The position numbers and the translations under genes were made by a program. DNA of 64,000 bases, from assembly GCA_963755715.1 (NCBI GenBank), contig CAVWLW010000072.1:19675-83674 (forward strand). The letters are read 5' to 3'. The notes below the pieces were generated by a model. That model was not told the origin of the DNA, did no database searches, and worked only from the letters and a program-made list of their open reading frames with translations. Below, in pieces: positions 40,913-50,290 of the stretch (positions are counted from its first letter, which is position 1; every line of letters begins with the position of its first letter). This stretch comes from an uncultured delta proteobacterium. Its GTDB lineage: Bacteria > Desulfobacterota > Binatia > UBA9968.

Positions 40913-41752
40913 ATGACACTCGAAACGCAGCTTCTCGATTTCACAACCAGCGACAAGGAAACCCTGCACGGTCTGCTGTTTTCGCCGCGCGAGCGCAAAT
41001 CCGATCTCGCTCTGCTGCTGGTGCATGGCGTCGCGATGAATTTTTATCTGCCGCCGCTGCCTAGCTTCGCTCAGGCGCTCGCGCAACAGGGTTATCATTG
41101 CTTCGTCATCAACACGCGCGGTCACGACTGGATCAATCGCGCCGGCGGTGATCTCTTTGATTTCTGCGGAGCGACTTACGAAAAGTTCGAGGACAGCGCA
41201 AAAGACTACGACGGGGCGTTGGAACGTCTCAGCAGTTTGGGCTACACACGCTTCATCCTCGTCAGCCACAGTCTCGGCTGCGTCAAATCGCTTTTATACC
41301 AGGGCACGCGCAAGCGCGCCGACGTGATCGGCGTGATTTCCTGCTCTTGCCCAAAGCAGTTTTATTCTGCGCGCGCCGCCGAGCAGCCCGAGTTCACGCA
41401 GGTCTTGGAGCAAGCCGAAGCGATGGTCGCCCGGGGAAAGGGGAAAGAGTTTCTCTGGGCGATGGCGAGCGGCGCTCCGGCGCTTTTTTCCGCCGCAACG
41501 TACGTCAACAAGTACGGCAAGCACGAGAACAACGATGTGCGACCGCACGCGGGCCGCCTTGGCTGCCCGCATCTCGCCATCGCCGGCGGCGCCGAGCATC
41601 CGTTTTTCCCTGAATACGCGAAAGCGCTGGCGCAAGCGAGCGGCGCCGGCGGCAGCTACAAAATCGTTCCAGGCTCGGATCATTTCTATCACGGCCACGA
41701 ATCCGAGGTGATCGACATTCTCGCCGATTGGCTCAAACAATTTAAGATCTGA
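40913..41752 (+). CDS. Alpha/beta hydrolase (paralog 1)
   Basis: VHG, NTRGHD, SHSLG nucleophile, DHFY. Confidence 0.85.
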   Translation: MTLETQLLDFTTSDKETLHGLLFSPRERKSDLALLLVHGVAMNFYLPPLPSFAQALAQQGYHCFVINTRGHDWINRAGGDLFDFCGATYEKFEDSAKDYDGALERLSSLGYTRFILVSHSLGCVKSLLYQGTRKRADVIGVISCSCPKQFYSARAAEQPEFTQVLEQAEAMVARGKGKEFLWAMASGAPALFSAATYVNKYGKHENNDVRPHAGRLGCPHLAIAGGAEHPFFPEYAKALAQASGAGGSYKIVPGSDHFYHGHESEVIDILADWLKQFKI

Positions 41753-41790
41753 CTTACTTATGCGACAATTTTCTGCGACAGCCTTCTCCA

Positions 41791-42628
41791 ATGAACTTCC
41801 AAACCGAAATCTGCACATTTAAAACCGCCGATAACGAACGCTTGCATGGCGCACTTTTCACGCCGCCGGAGAGACCACCCGATCTCGCGCTGCTCTTTGT
41901 CCATGGCGTAGCGATGAATTTTTATTTGGCGCCGCTGTTTACGTTTGGTCAGGATTTGGCTTCGCGCGGCTTTCACAGCTTCGTCATCAATACGCGCGGC
42001 CATGACTGGATCTCCCGCGCCGGCAATCTGACCAAGTTCGGCGGCTCGGCCTATGAAAATCTCGAAGACTGCCTGCCCGATCTCGACGGCGCGCTGGATT
42101 ATTTGAAGGATCAAGGCTACCGCCGTTTCATTTTGATCGGCCATAGCCTCGGCGCGATCAAGTCGATTATTTATCAGGGCACGCGCCGGCGCGCCGACAT
42201 CGTCGGCATCGTTTCCTGCTCGGCGCCGCGGCAATTCTACTCTGAACGGGTCGCCCGTCAGGCCGGATTTCGCGAAGTCATCGAAAAGGCCGAAGCGATG
42301 ATCGCCGAAGGCAAAGGCGAAGAATTATTGTCCATCAGTGTCGGAGCAACTCCGGGCATCTTCACCGCGCGCGCACACGTGAACAAGTACGGCAGAGACG
42401 ACAATAACGATTGCCGCCCTTACGCGAAGCATCTCGGCTGCCCGCTCCTCGCAATCGTCGGCAGCGCGGAGCCCAAGTTCTTTTATGAATACGCGCAAGA
42501 GATCGTCGCCGGCGTCGGCGCGAAGGGCGTTTGCAAGCTGGTCGACGGCGCCAATCACTTTTATAACCGCCACACCGCGGCAGATCGTCGAAATCATCAA
42601 TGAATGGCTGGTCCAGTTCAACGACTGA
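41791..42628 (+). CDS. Alpha/beta hydrolase (paralog 2, frameshift near 42580)
   Basis: VHGVAMNFY, NTRGHDW, GHSLG, NHFY; corrected end QIVEIINEWLVQFND*. Confidence 0.85.
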
Positions 42629-42640
42629 AAGCGCTGCTTA

Positions 42641-43669
42641 ATGTCGCGAATTCTTACATTCGGGTGCGCCTTTTTCGTTTTCAGCGTCGTTCTACAGACT
42701 CGGCTCACTGCCAAGGAATCTCTCGCCGCGCAAGCGCCGGCAAAAATCGCCGTCGGTTACGCGACCATCAGCAACTCTTCGCTGGCGCTCTGGCTCGCGC
42801 AAGATGAAAAAATTTTCGCCAAAAACGGCATCGACGCGGACCTGGTCTTCATGCCCGGCTCGCCGACCTTGATCGCGGCGATCAATTCCGGCGCCCTCGC
42901 CGTCGGCTTCACCGGCGGCACCGCCATCTTGGCCGCCGCGGCCGGCGGCGCCGACTTCAAAGTCCTCGCGGCGTCCCACGTGCGCTCCAACCATGATTTA
43001 GTCGTCAAGCCGGATATCAAGCGAGCCGAAGATCTGCGCGGCAAGCGGATCGGCGTCACCAGCATCGGCGGCACAGGCTGGATGGCCGCGATGCTGGTAT
43101 TCGAGCAATTAGGTTTGAACCCGGATAAAGACAAACTGATTATCTCCGCCTTCGGTGAGATGAGAATCATCAGCCGAGCCTTGGAAACCGGCACCATCGA
43201 CGGAGCGCTCGTCACCGGAAATTTTACCTCTCAATTCAGGCGCGCCGGGTATAACATTTTAGGTGAGCTTGAAAAGGTGCCGATGATGGGCAACGCGGTT
43301 GTGGTGAAACAGACTTTTCTCCAGAGCCAGAGAGATTTTCTGCGCAATTTTCTCCGTGCCATCGGCGAAGCGCAGGTTTTCGTGCTGAGCCCGATCAAAC
43401 GTCAGTCCGTGCTAAAAGTACTGACCAAGCGCTTGAGCATCACAGACCCCGCGGTGGCCGAGGATGCGCTGCAAGATTTGCTCAAACGGCTGGACAAGAA
43501 GCCGATCCCGTCGATCCAAGCCCTGCGCAACATCCAGCGCTTCTTGCAGACCCAGAATCCGAAAGTCGGCCAAGTCAAGCTGGAAGATTTGATTGACGAT
43601 TCTATCGTGCGCGAGTTAGACAAGAGCGGCTACTTCGAGCGCATCAACGCCGAGTACGGCGTGAAATGA
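42641..43669 (+). CDS. NMT1/THI5-family SBP, array copy 2
   Basis: Signal peptide; DLRGKRIGVTSIGG; ELDKSGY tail. Confidence 0.88.
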   Translation: MSRILTFGCAFFVFSVVLQTRLTAKESLAAQAPAKIAVGYATISNSSLALWLAQDEKIFAKNGIDADLVFMPGSPTLIAAINSGALAVGFTGGTAILAAAAGGADFKVLAASHVRSNHDLVVKPDIKRAEDLRGKRIGVTSIGGTGWMAAMLVFEQLGLNPDKDKLIISAFGEMRIISRALETGTIDGALVTGNFTSQFRRAGYNILGELEKVPMMGNAVVVKQTFLQSQRDFLRNFLRAIGEAQVFVLSPIKRQSVLKVLTKRLSITDPAVAEDALQDLLKRLDKKPIPSIQALRNIQRFLQTQNPKVGQVKLEDLIDDSIVRELDKSGYFERINAEYGVK

Positions 43670-43679
43670 TCGTTCATCG

Positions 43680-44710
43680 ATGAACGTTTTGAGCCACAAA
43701 GTCGTCGTCATACATTGCCGGGATTTTGGTCCTTGTCGAGCGCGAACATTTCTTTTTCAGCCGCCGCGCCGATCAAATTGATCGTCGGATACGCCGCCCT
43801 GAACGCGCGCATCAGCCCGCTCTGGCTGGCGGAGGAACAGGGATATTTAGCCAAATACGGGTTACAGGTCGAACAGGTTTATCTGCGCGGCGCGCCGACT
43901 CTGGTTGCGGGCCTCGCATCCGGGGACATTCAGCTCGGCCGCAGCGGCGGCAGCGCGACTTTGGCCGCCATCGGCGCCGGCCACGATTTCAAAATCGTCG
44001 CGACCTTTTCCAGCCGCAACACTTACGATTTCATCGCGCGCCCCAATATCAAGCGCGCCGAAGATCTGCGCGGCAAAAAGATCGCGGTGACCAGTATCGG
44101 CGGCACCACCTGGATGGGCGTGTTGCTCTGGCTCGAACATTTTGGCTTGGAACCACAGCGCGACAACATTCTCTTGCAAGTTCTCGGCGATCAAAACGTC
44201 CAGAGCCAGGCCGTTGAGACCGGCATCGCCGACGCCGCGGCCCTCGACGGCATATGGAGCAAGCGATTAAAGCAAAAAAGCTTCACCACTCTCGGGGAGT
44301 ATTCCGACCTAAAACAACGCATCGTCGGTCAGGCGATGATCACGCCGCACGCGTTTCTTACCCAACGGCCGGACATCGTCGAGAGCTATCTCAAGGCGGA
44401 AATCGAAGCCTTGGCCTTCGCGCTGGCGCCGAAAAATAAATCGGCGGTTTTGAAAATGCTGATGCGACGGCTGAGAACCGATGCCGCCGGCGCCGAGGAA
44501 GGTTATCAAGATCTGCTCAAAGGCGTCGACCGCAAACCTTTTCCTTCGCTTGACGGTCTGCGCAACGTGCAAAGAATTTTAAAAATACGCACGCCGAAGA
44601 TCGGCGACATCAAAGCCGAGGACGTGATCGACGCGCGCATCATGCAAAAGCTAGATGACAGCGGCTTTATCGACCGCGCTTACGCCGCGCAGGGAGTGAG
44701 CTTGAAGTAA
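43680..44710 (+). CDS. NMT1/THI5-family SBP, array copy 3 (probable indel in signal peptide; start approximate)
   Basis: PLWLAEEQG, RGAPTLVAGL, DLRGKK, KLDDSGFID. Confidence 0.87.
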
Positions 44711-44742
44711 ATCTTTTAACGATCCGAAGGGAAACGCATCCG

Positions 44743-45774
44743 ATGCAACAGCGTTATCAGCTTACACTCGGAGTCTTAATATCACTTCAATTGCAGTTGT
44801 TGTGCTCCCTCTCGACCTTTGCCGCGTCCGCTGCGCCGAGAATCGTTCTCGGCTACGCCGCGCCGGGCGCCCGCGCGTTGCCGTTTTGGATGGCCGAAGA
44901 ACAGGGTTTATTCAGCAAGTACGGTGTCGATGTCCAGCCGGTCTTCATCCGCGGCGCGCCGATTTTGGTCGCCGGCCTCGCTTCCGGCGACATTCAGGTC
45001 GGCAGCACCGGCGGCAGCGCCACCCTGGCCGCGGTGGCCGGCGGACAGGATTTAAAAATCATTGCGACGTTTTCCAGCCGCAACACCTTCGACCTCGTCA
45101 CCCAGCCCAACATCAAGCGGCCGGAAGATCTGCGCCGTAAGCGCATCGGCCTCACCAGCATCGGCGGCACTACTTGGATGGCCCTGCTGCTTTGGCTCGA
45201 ACATTTCGGCCTCGACGCGCAGCGTGATCAGATGCAGCTACAAGTCACGGGCGAGCAGGCTTTGACGATTCAGGCCCTGGAAGCGGGCTTGGTCAATGCG
45301 GCAATCTTGGATGGTATCTTCAGTCGCCGGCTCAAGCCGAAAGGTTTTACGATCTTGGGCGAGTATTCCGACCTGAAATATCAGTTCGTCAGCCAAGCTC
45401 TGGTCGTGCAACGGAGCTATCTCCAGCAACGCGGCGATCAGCTGGAGAATTTGTTAAAGGCGGAAATCGAAGGGTTGGCGTTCGTGCTGGCACCCAAGAA
45501 TAAACCGGCCGTGATCAAGACTTTGATGCGGCGCATGAAGACGGATGCAACCATAGCCGAGGAAGGCTATCTCGATCTTATTCGCGGCATGGAACGCAAG
45601 CCTTTGCCGACCGTCGAGAGCATGGTTCATGTGCAGCGCTTGATGAAATCGCAGAATCCTAAAATCGGCGAAGTCAAAATCAACGACCTTAACGACGACA
45701 GAATCGTTCGAAAGCTCGACGACAGCGGTTTCATCGACAAAGCCTACGCCGCGCAGGGCGTGAGTTTAAAATGA
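44743..45774 (+). CDS. NMT1/THI5-family SBP, array copy 4
   Basis: Same motifs as neighbours; signal peptide. Confidence 0.88.
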   Translation: MQQRYQLTLGVLISLQLQLLCSLSTFAASAAPRIVLGYAAPGARALPFWMAEEQGLFSKYGVDVQPVFIRGAPILVAGLASGDIQVGSTGGSATLAAVAGGQDLKIIATFSSRNTFDLVTQPNIKRPEDLRRKRIGLTSIGGTTWMALLLWLEHFGLDAQRDQMQLQVTGEQALTIQALEAGLVNAAILDGIFSRRLKPKGFTILGEYSDLKYQFVSQALVVQRSYLQQRGDQLENLLKAEIEGLAFVLAPKNKPAVIKTLMRRMKTDATIAEEGYLDLIRGMERKPLPTVESMVHVQRLMKSQNPKIGEVKINDLNDDRIVRKLDDSGFIDKAYAAQGVSLK

Positions 45775-46859
45775 CGCTGCATTTCGACTCCTTCGAAGCT
45801 CGGGATAAATTACGGGAAAAATCCTTCCGAGACCCGTGCAAATTTATCGCCGGCGTTTTTTTGGCTTTCGCCCTACAACTCTCGTTCTTTCTTCCTGAAT
45901 TGAGCGCCGCCACGCCGCCCAAATTTATCATCGGCTATGCGGCGATGAGCGCGCGGGTGGTGCCGCTCTGGCTCGCCGAAGAACAGGGAATTCTCGCCAA
46001 GTACGGCGTCGACTCGGAGCAAGTGTTCATTCGCGGCGCGCCCACTTTGGTTGCCGGTCTGACTTCCGGCGATATTCACTTCGGCAGCACCGGCGGCACC
46101 GCCACGTTGGCGGCCATTGCAGCGGGGCACGATCTAAAAATGGTGGCGGCGTTTTCCAGCCGCAACACCTACGACCTCGTCACCCGGCCGTCCATCAAAA
46201 GAGCCGAAGAGTTGCGCGGCAAACGATTCGGCGTCACCAGCATCGGCGGCACGGTTTGGATGGGCATCATGCTTTGGCTCGAGCATTTCGGTCTCGATGA
46301 GCAGCGCGACAAGATCCAGCTCCAAGTCATCGGCGATCAAAGTATTCAGATGCAAGCCCTCGAAAACGGCACCATCGACGCCGCCGTGCTCGACGGCGTA
46401 TTCAGCCGCCGTTTGAAACAGAAAGGCTTCAACATCGTCGGCGAATATTCCGAATTGAAGCAGCTGTTCACCAGCCAGGCGATCGTCGTGCAGGGCAAAT
46501 TCTTGCAGCAGCGCGCCGATAGGGTGGAAAATTTACTGAAAGCTCAAGTCGAAGCGATCGCTTTTTCGCTGGCGCCGAAAAACAAACCGACTGTGATCAG
46601 GACGTTCATGCGTCGGCTCAGAGTCGACGCTGCCGCTGCCGAAGAAGGCTATGCCGATCTCCATCGCGCCATGGACCGCAAACCCTATCCGTCACCCGAA
46701 GGATTGCGCAACGTGCAGCGCCTGATGGCGCTAAGAAGTCCGAAAGTCGGCGAAGTCAAAATTGACAACGTCATCGACAACCGCATCATTCGCCGGCTCG
46801 ATGAAAGCGGCTTCATCGACAAAGCCTACGCCGCGCAAGGGATGAGTTCGAAGCCATAG
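45771..46859 (+). CDS. NMT1/THI5-family SBP, array copy 5
   Basis: Same motifs; ATG overlaps previous stop (ATGA). Confidence 0.88.
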   Translation: MTLHFDSFEARDKLREKSFRDPCKFIAGVFLAFALQLSFFLPELSAATPPKFIIGYAAMSARVVPLWLAEEQGILAKYGVDSEQVFIRGAPTLVAGLTSGDIHFGSTGGTATLAAIAAGHDLKMVAAFSSRNTYDLVTRPSIKRAEELRGKRFGVTSIGGTVWMGIMLWLEHFGLDEQRDKIQLQVIGDQSIQMQALENGTIDAAVLDGVFSRRLKQKGFNIVGEYSELKQLFTSQAIVVQGKFLQQRADRVENLLKAQVEAIAFSLAPKNKPTVIRTFMRRLRVDAAAAEEGYADLHRAMDRKPYPSPEGLRNVQRLMALRSPKVGEVKIDNVIDNRIIRRLDESGFIDKAYAAQGMSSKP

Positions 46860-46925
46860 CTTGAAACTTTTTCCCTTGTGCTGTTGGCTCGGCGCTGATA
46901 GCTGATGACAAAAGGAAACTAGACG

Positions 46926-47960
46926 ATGAATCGTCTTCACGCCCCTCTTCTTCTCAAGATTTTTTGGTTTTCGCTAGCGCTTATTGCAAGCCCAGCTAAC
47001 GCTTTCGCCGCCGCGGCGCCCTCGAGACTCGTCATCGGCTACGCCTCGACAACGCCGCGCCTGATGCCGCTCTGGATGGCGCGCGATCAAGGGTTCTTCG
47101 CAAAATACGGCATCGAGTCGGAGCCGGTGCTCCTGCGCAGTGGCGCAACGCTGGTGACGGGAATGGCTTCGGGAGATATCCAGATCGGCCGAACCGCCGG
47201 CGCCGCTGTGTTATCCGCAGTGGCCGCCGGTCATGAAATCAAGATGCTGGCGACATTCTCGAGCCGCAATTCGTACGATGTCGTCGTTCGCCCGAATATT
47301 AAAAAAGCCGAAGATCTGCGCGGCAAAAAGCTCGCGATCAATAGCGTGGGCGGCGGCACCTGGATCGGCGCGATGCTCTGGCTCGAATATTTCGGACTGG
47401 ACCCGCAACGCGATCAGATCCTTTTGCAGTCGATAGGCGACCAAGGCGTGCAATCTCAGGCGCTCGAGTCAGGCACGGTCGATGTCGTGTTCGTAGACAG
47501 CGTTTACAGCAAAGTTCTGAAGCAAAAAGGCATGACCATTCTCGCCGAGTCCAGCGAACTGAAGCAGCCGCTCGTAAGTCAATCGACGGTCGTGCCACGC
47601 GCCTTCCTGCAACAGCATCCGGATATCGCGGAAGGCTACTTGAAGGGAGAAATCGAGGGAATCGCTTTCGCGACAGCGCCGAAGAACAAGCCTGCTGTGA
47701 TTAAAACTCTCATGCGCCGGCTGCGAGTCGATGCCGCGGCTGCCGAGGAGGGTTACTCAGATATGCTGCGCGGGGTCGACCGCAAGCCATTCGCGTCCCT
47801 AGAGGGCATGCGCAATCTGCAGCGGCTGCTAAAGCCCAGAAATCCAAAAATCGGCGACCTCAGAGTTGAAGATGTCGTCGACAATCGCATTATGCGCAAG
47901 CTGGACGAGAGCGGCTTTATCGATCGCGCCTTTGCGGCGCAAGGCGCGAGCTTTAAGTGA
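46926..47960 (+). CDS. NMT1/THI5-family SBP, array copy 6
   Basis: Same motifs; signal peptide ending AFA. Confidence 0.88.
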   Translation: MNRLHAPLLLKIFWFSLALIASPANAFAAAAPSRLVIGYASTTPRLMPLWMARDQGFFAKYGIESEPVLLRSGATLVTGMASGDIQIGRTAGAAVLSAVAAGHEIKMLATFSSRNSYDVVVRPNIKKAEDLRGKKLAINSVGGGTWIGAMLWLEYFGLDPQRDQILLQSIGDQGVQSQALESGTVDVVFVDSVYSKVLKQKGMTILAESSELKQPLVSQSTVVPRAFLQQHPDIAEGYLKGEIEGIAFATAPKNKPAVIKTLMRRLRVDAAAAEEGYSDMLRGVDRKPFASLEGMRNLQRLLKPRNPKIGDLRVEDVVDNRIMRKLDESGFIDRAFAAQGASFK

Positions 47961-48016
47961 CGGCAAGCAGCAGGACCGGCTGCTTGCCGTCATCCTGAGC
48001 GCCAGCGAAGGATCTC
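47958..48016. repeat. Perfect 14-bp hairpin overlapping a GTCAT-type REP half
   Basis: tgacggcaagcagc-N7-gctgcttgccgtca followed by gtcatcctgagcgccagcgaaggatctc; no U-tract. Confidence 0.7.
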
Positions 48017-48092
48017 GCTTTGATCTTAGCAACGAACTGAGGACTAGCAAATCGAACAAAAACTCTTCGGCGTCTTTTGGAGACCAAATCCG

Positions 48093-49136
48093 ATGAGCGC
48101 ACAGGAACAGCGGAATGGACCAAGACTTGTTTCGATCGCGATCGTTCTAATCGCGGCGCAATTTCTCCAGGTATTTTCTGCTTTCGCAGCAGCGCCGTCT
48201 AAATACGTCGTCGGCTATGCCACCTACACGGCGCGGATCGTGCCGCTCTGGCTCGCCCAAGAGCAGGGCTTTTTTGCCAAGTACGGCATCGAAGTCGACC
48301 CGGTATTCATCCGGGGCGCGCCGACTTTGGTCGCAGGATTAGCCGCTGGGAGCATTCATATCGGTCGCACCGGCGGCAGCGCCATGCTCGCTGCCGTCGC
48401 CGCTGGACATGAATTCAAACTCCTCGCCGCTTTTAACACGCGCAACACCTATGACCTCGTCGTCCGTCCCAACATCAAGCGCGCCGAGGACTTGCGCGGC
48501 AAAACTTTCGGTATCACCAGCATCGGCGGCACCAGCTGGATGGGCGTATTGCTTTGGCTGGAGCATCTCGGTCTGGACCAACAGCGGGACAATATTCGCC
48601 TGCAAGTCATCGGCGACCAAGCGGTCCAAGTACAGTGCGTCGAGAGCGGTTTGTGCGATGCCGCCGCCGTCGATGGCGTCTTTACTCGGCAACTCAAAAA
48701 CAAGGGGATGATCGTCATGGGCGAGTACAGCGACCTCAAATCCTTGCTCATCGGCCAGTCGATGGTCGTTCCAAGCGCGATGTTGCAACAGCGTCCCGAT
48801 GTCGCGGAAAGTTATTTGAAAGGCGAGATCGAAGCTTTGGTATTTTCTCTGGCGCCGAAAAACAAGCCCATCGTGCTCAAGACTTTGGCGCGCTGGCTCA
48901 AGGTCGATGCATCGGGCGCCGAGGACGCGTACTTGGACCTCGTGCGCGGCGTCGATAGAAAACCCTTCGCGTCCCTCGAAGGACTGCGCAATGCCCAGCG
49001 GCTTTTAAGATCGCGCAATCCCAAGGTCGGCGAAGTCAAACCCGAAGATGTCATCGACAATCGGCTCATGCGCAAACTCGAAGACAGCGGCTTTATCGAC
49101 AAGTTGTACGCTACCTACGGCGCAAGTTCCAAATAA
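48093..49136 (+). CDS. NMT1/THI5-family SBP, array copy 7
   Basis: Same motifs; signal peptide ending AFA. Confidence 0.88.
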   Translation: MSAQEQRNGPRLVSIAIVLIAAQFLQVFSAFAAAPSKYVVGYATYTARIVPLWLAQEQGFFAKYGIEVDPVFIRGAPTLVAGLAAGSIHIGRTGGSAMLAAVAAGHEFKLLAAFNTRNTYDLVVRPNIKRAEDLRGKTFGITSIGGTSWMGVLLWLEHLGLDQQRDNIRLQVIGDQAVQVQCVESGLCDAAAVDGVFTRQLKNKGMIVMGEYSDLKSLLIGQSMVVPSAMLQQRPDVAESYLKGEIEALVFSLAPKNKPIVLKTLARWLKVDASGAEDAYLDLVRGVDRKPFASLEGLRNAQRLLRSRNPKVGEVKPEDVIDNRLMRKLEDSGFIDKLYATYGASSK

Positions 49137-49141
49137 AGGAG

Positions 49142-49166
49142 GTAGGGGCGCAGCATGCTGCGCCCT
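49142..49166 (+). repeat. GTAG-family REP of a second sequence class
   Basis: gtAGGGGCGCAGCATGCTGCGCCCt perfect palindrome after GTAG. Confidence 0.75.
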
Positions 49167-49176
49167 TGATGAGATC

Positions 49177-49979
49177 ATGCCCAATTTTAAACTCGAAGAT
49201 ACCGAGATTTACTACGAAGTTCACGGTAATGGCCCACCGTTTTTATTCTGCAGCGTCACCGGCCTCGACCACCAGGCGTGGAAATTTCATCAGATCCCCG
49301 AATTCTCCCGCGATCACAAAGTCATCGTCTTCGATTATCGCGGCACCGGCAAGTCCAGTAAAGCGATCCAGAAATATTCGATCAAGATGTTCACCGACGA
49401 CGCTGCCGCGCTGCTCGATCACTTGGATGCCGAGCAAGCTATCGTCTGCGGCCACTCCATGGGAGGCGTCGTCGCGCAGCTTTGGCCATCGAATATCCGC
49501 GCAAGGTCGAGAAGTTGGTTCTGGCTTCGAGCGGCACCTCGCACCCAGGCGCTCACGGCATTCCGCTTGCGATGTGCCGCGACATGGTGCGTCAAGGCTT
49601 CGAAGGCTACATTCGCGAGCACACCATCGAAACCGGTTGGACAAAAGAGTTCGTGGCGGCGAATCCAGAGCTGATCGAAAAGTTTCTCCAAGTCAGAATG
49701 TCCGGGATCGCTCCGTTGGAAAACTATCTGCATTTTATTCTAGCGCGTCAGGAACACGACCACACCAATCGCTTGAAGGAAATCCGCGTGCCGACGCTTG
49801 TCCTGGTCGGCGACGATGAGCGCCATGGCGCCGCGGATCGCACTCATTGGGACGCAGCGCAACAGCTGGCGCGAGAAATTCCCAACGCAAAACTGGTCGT
49901 GCTCCAAGGCGAAGGCCACCACTACCTGGCGACTCGTCCAGCGGCAGCGCACCGGGCGATCAGACAATTTATCGGATAA
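49177..49979 (+). CDS. Alpha/beta fold hydrolase (enol-lactone hydrolase-like), frameshift near 49480
   Basis: IYYEVHGNG, FDYRGTGKS, GHSMGG, PTLVLVGDD, GHH. Confidence 0.85.
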
Positions 49980-50011
49980 CTGGCAAACCAAAAGCTGGGC
50001 GCAACGACCCC

Positions 50012-50290
50012 TCAATCGACTCGCTCCACCATCAACGCCACGGCTTCGCCGCCGCCGATGCACAAAGCGGCGATGCCGCGCCGTTTGCCGAGATCGATGT
50101 CGGTGCCATACTCGCTGAAAAACTTTTGCTCCTCCGCCGTCCAGAGCATCACGGTGCGCGCGTTCATGCCGGCGTGGGCGATGACCACTTTCGACGGCGC
50201 TGCCCCATGCGCGTCAATCGATCGAAACGCAAAGAGACTGACGGCGGCGCAGAAAATGACTAATAGTTGTCGATGGCGGCTAAATCGCAT
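50012..50290 (-). pseudogene. Chimeric remnant: SBP N-terminus fused to thiolase C-terminus
   Basis: Signal peptide + HAGMNARTVMLWTAEEQKFF.EYG joined near 50092 to GIAALCIGGGEAVALMVER (thiolase CIGGG motif). Confidence 0.75.

Noticed and set aside
47958-47992. Rho-independent terminator after SBP copy 6
   Set aside because: Strong stem but no U-tract on either strand; overlaps a REP so recorded as a repeat
39857-49136. Diversity-generating retroelement or invertase shuffling behind the SBP array
   Set aside because: No reverse transcriptase or recombinase, no near-identical TR/VR pair; differences are spread over synonymous sites as expected for old duplications
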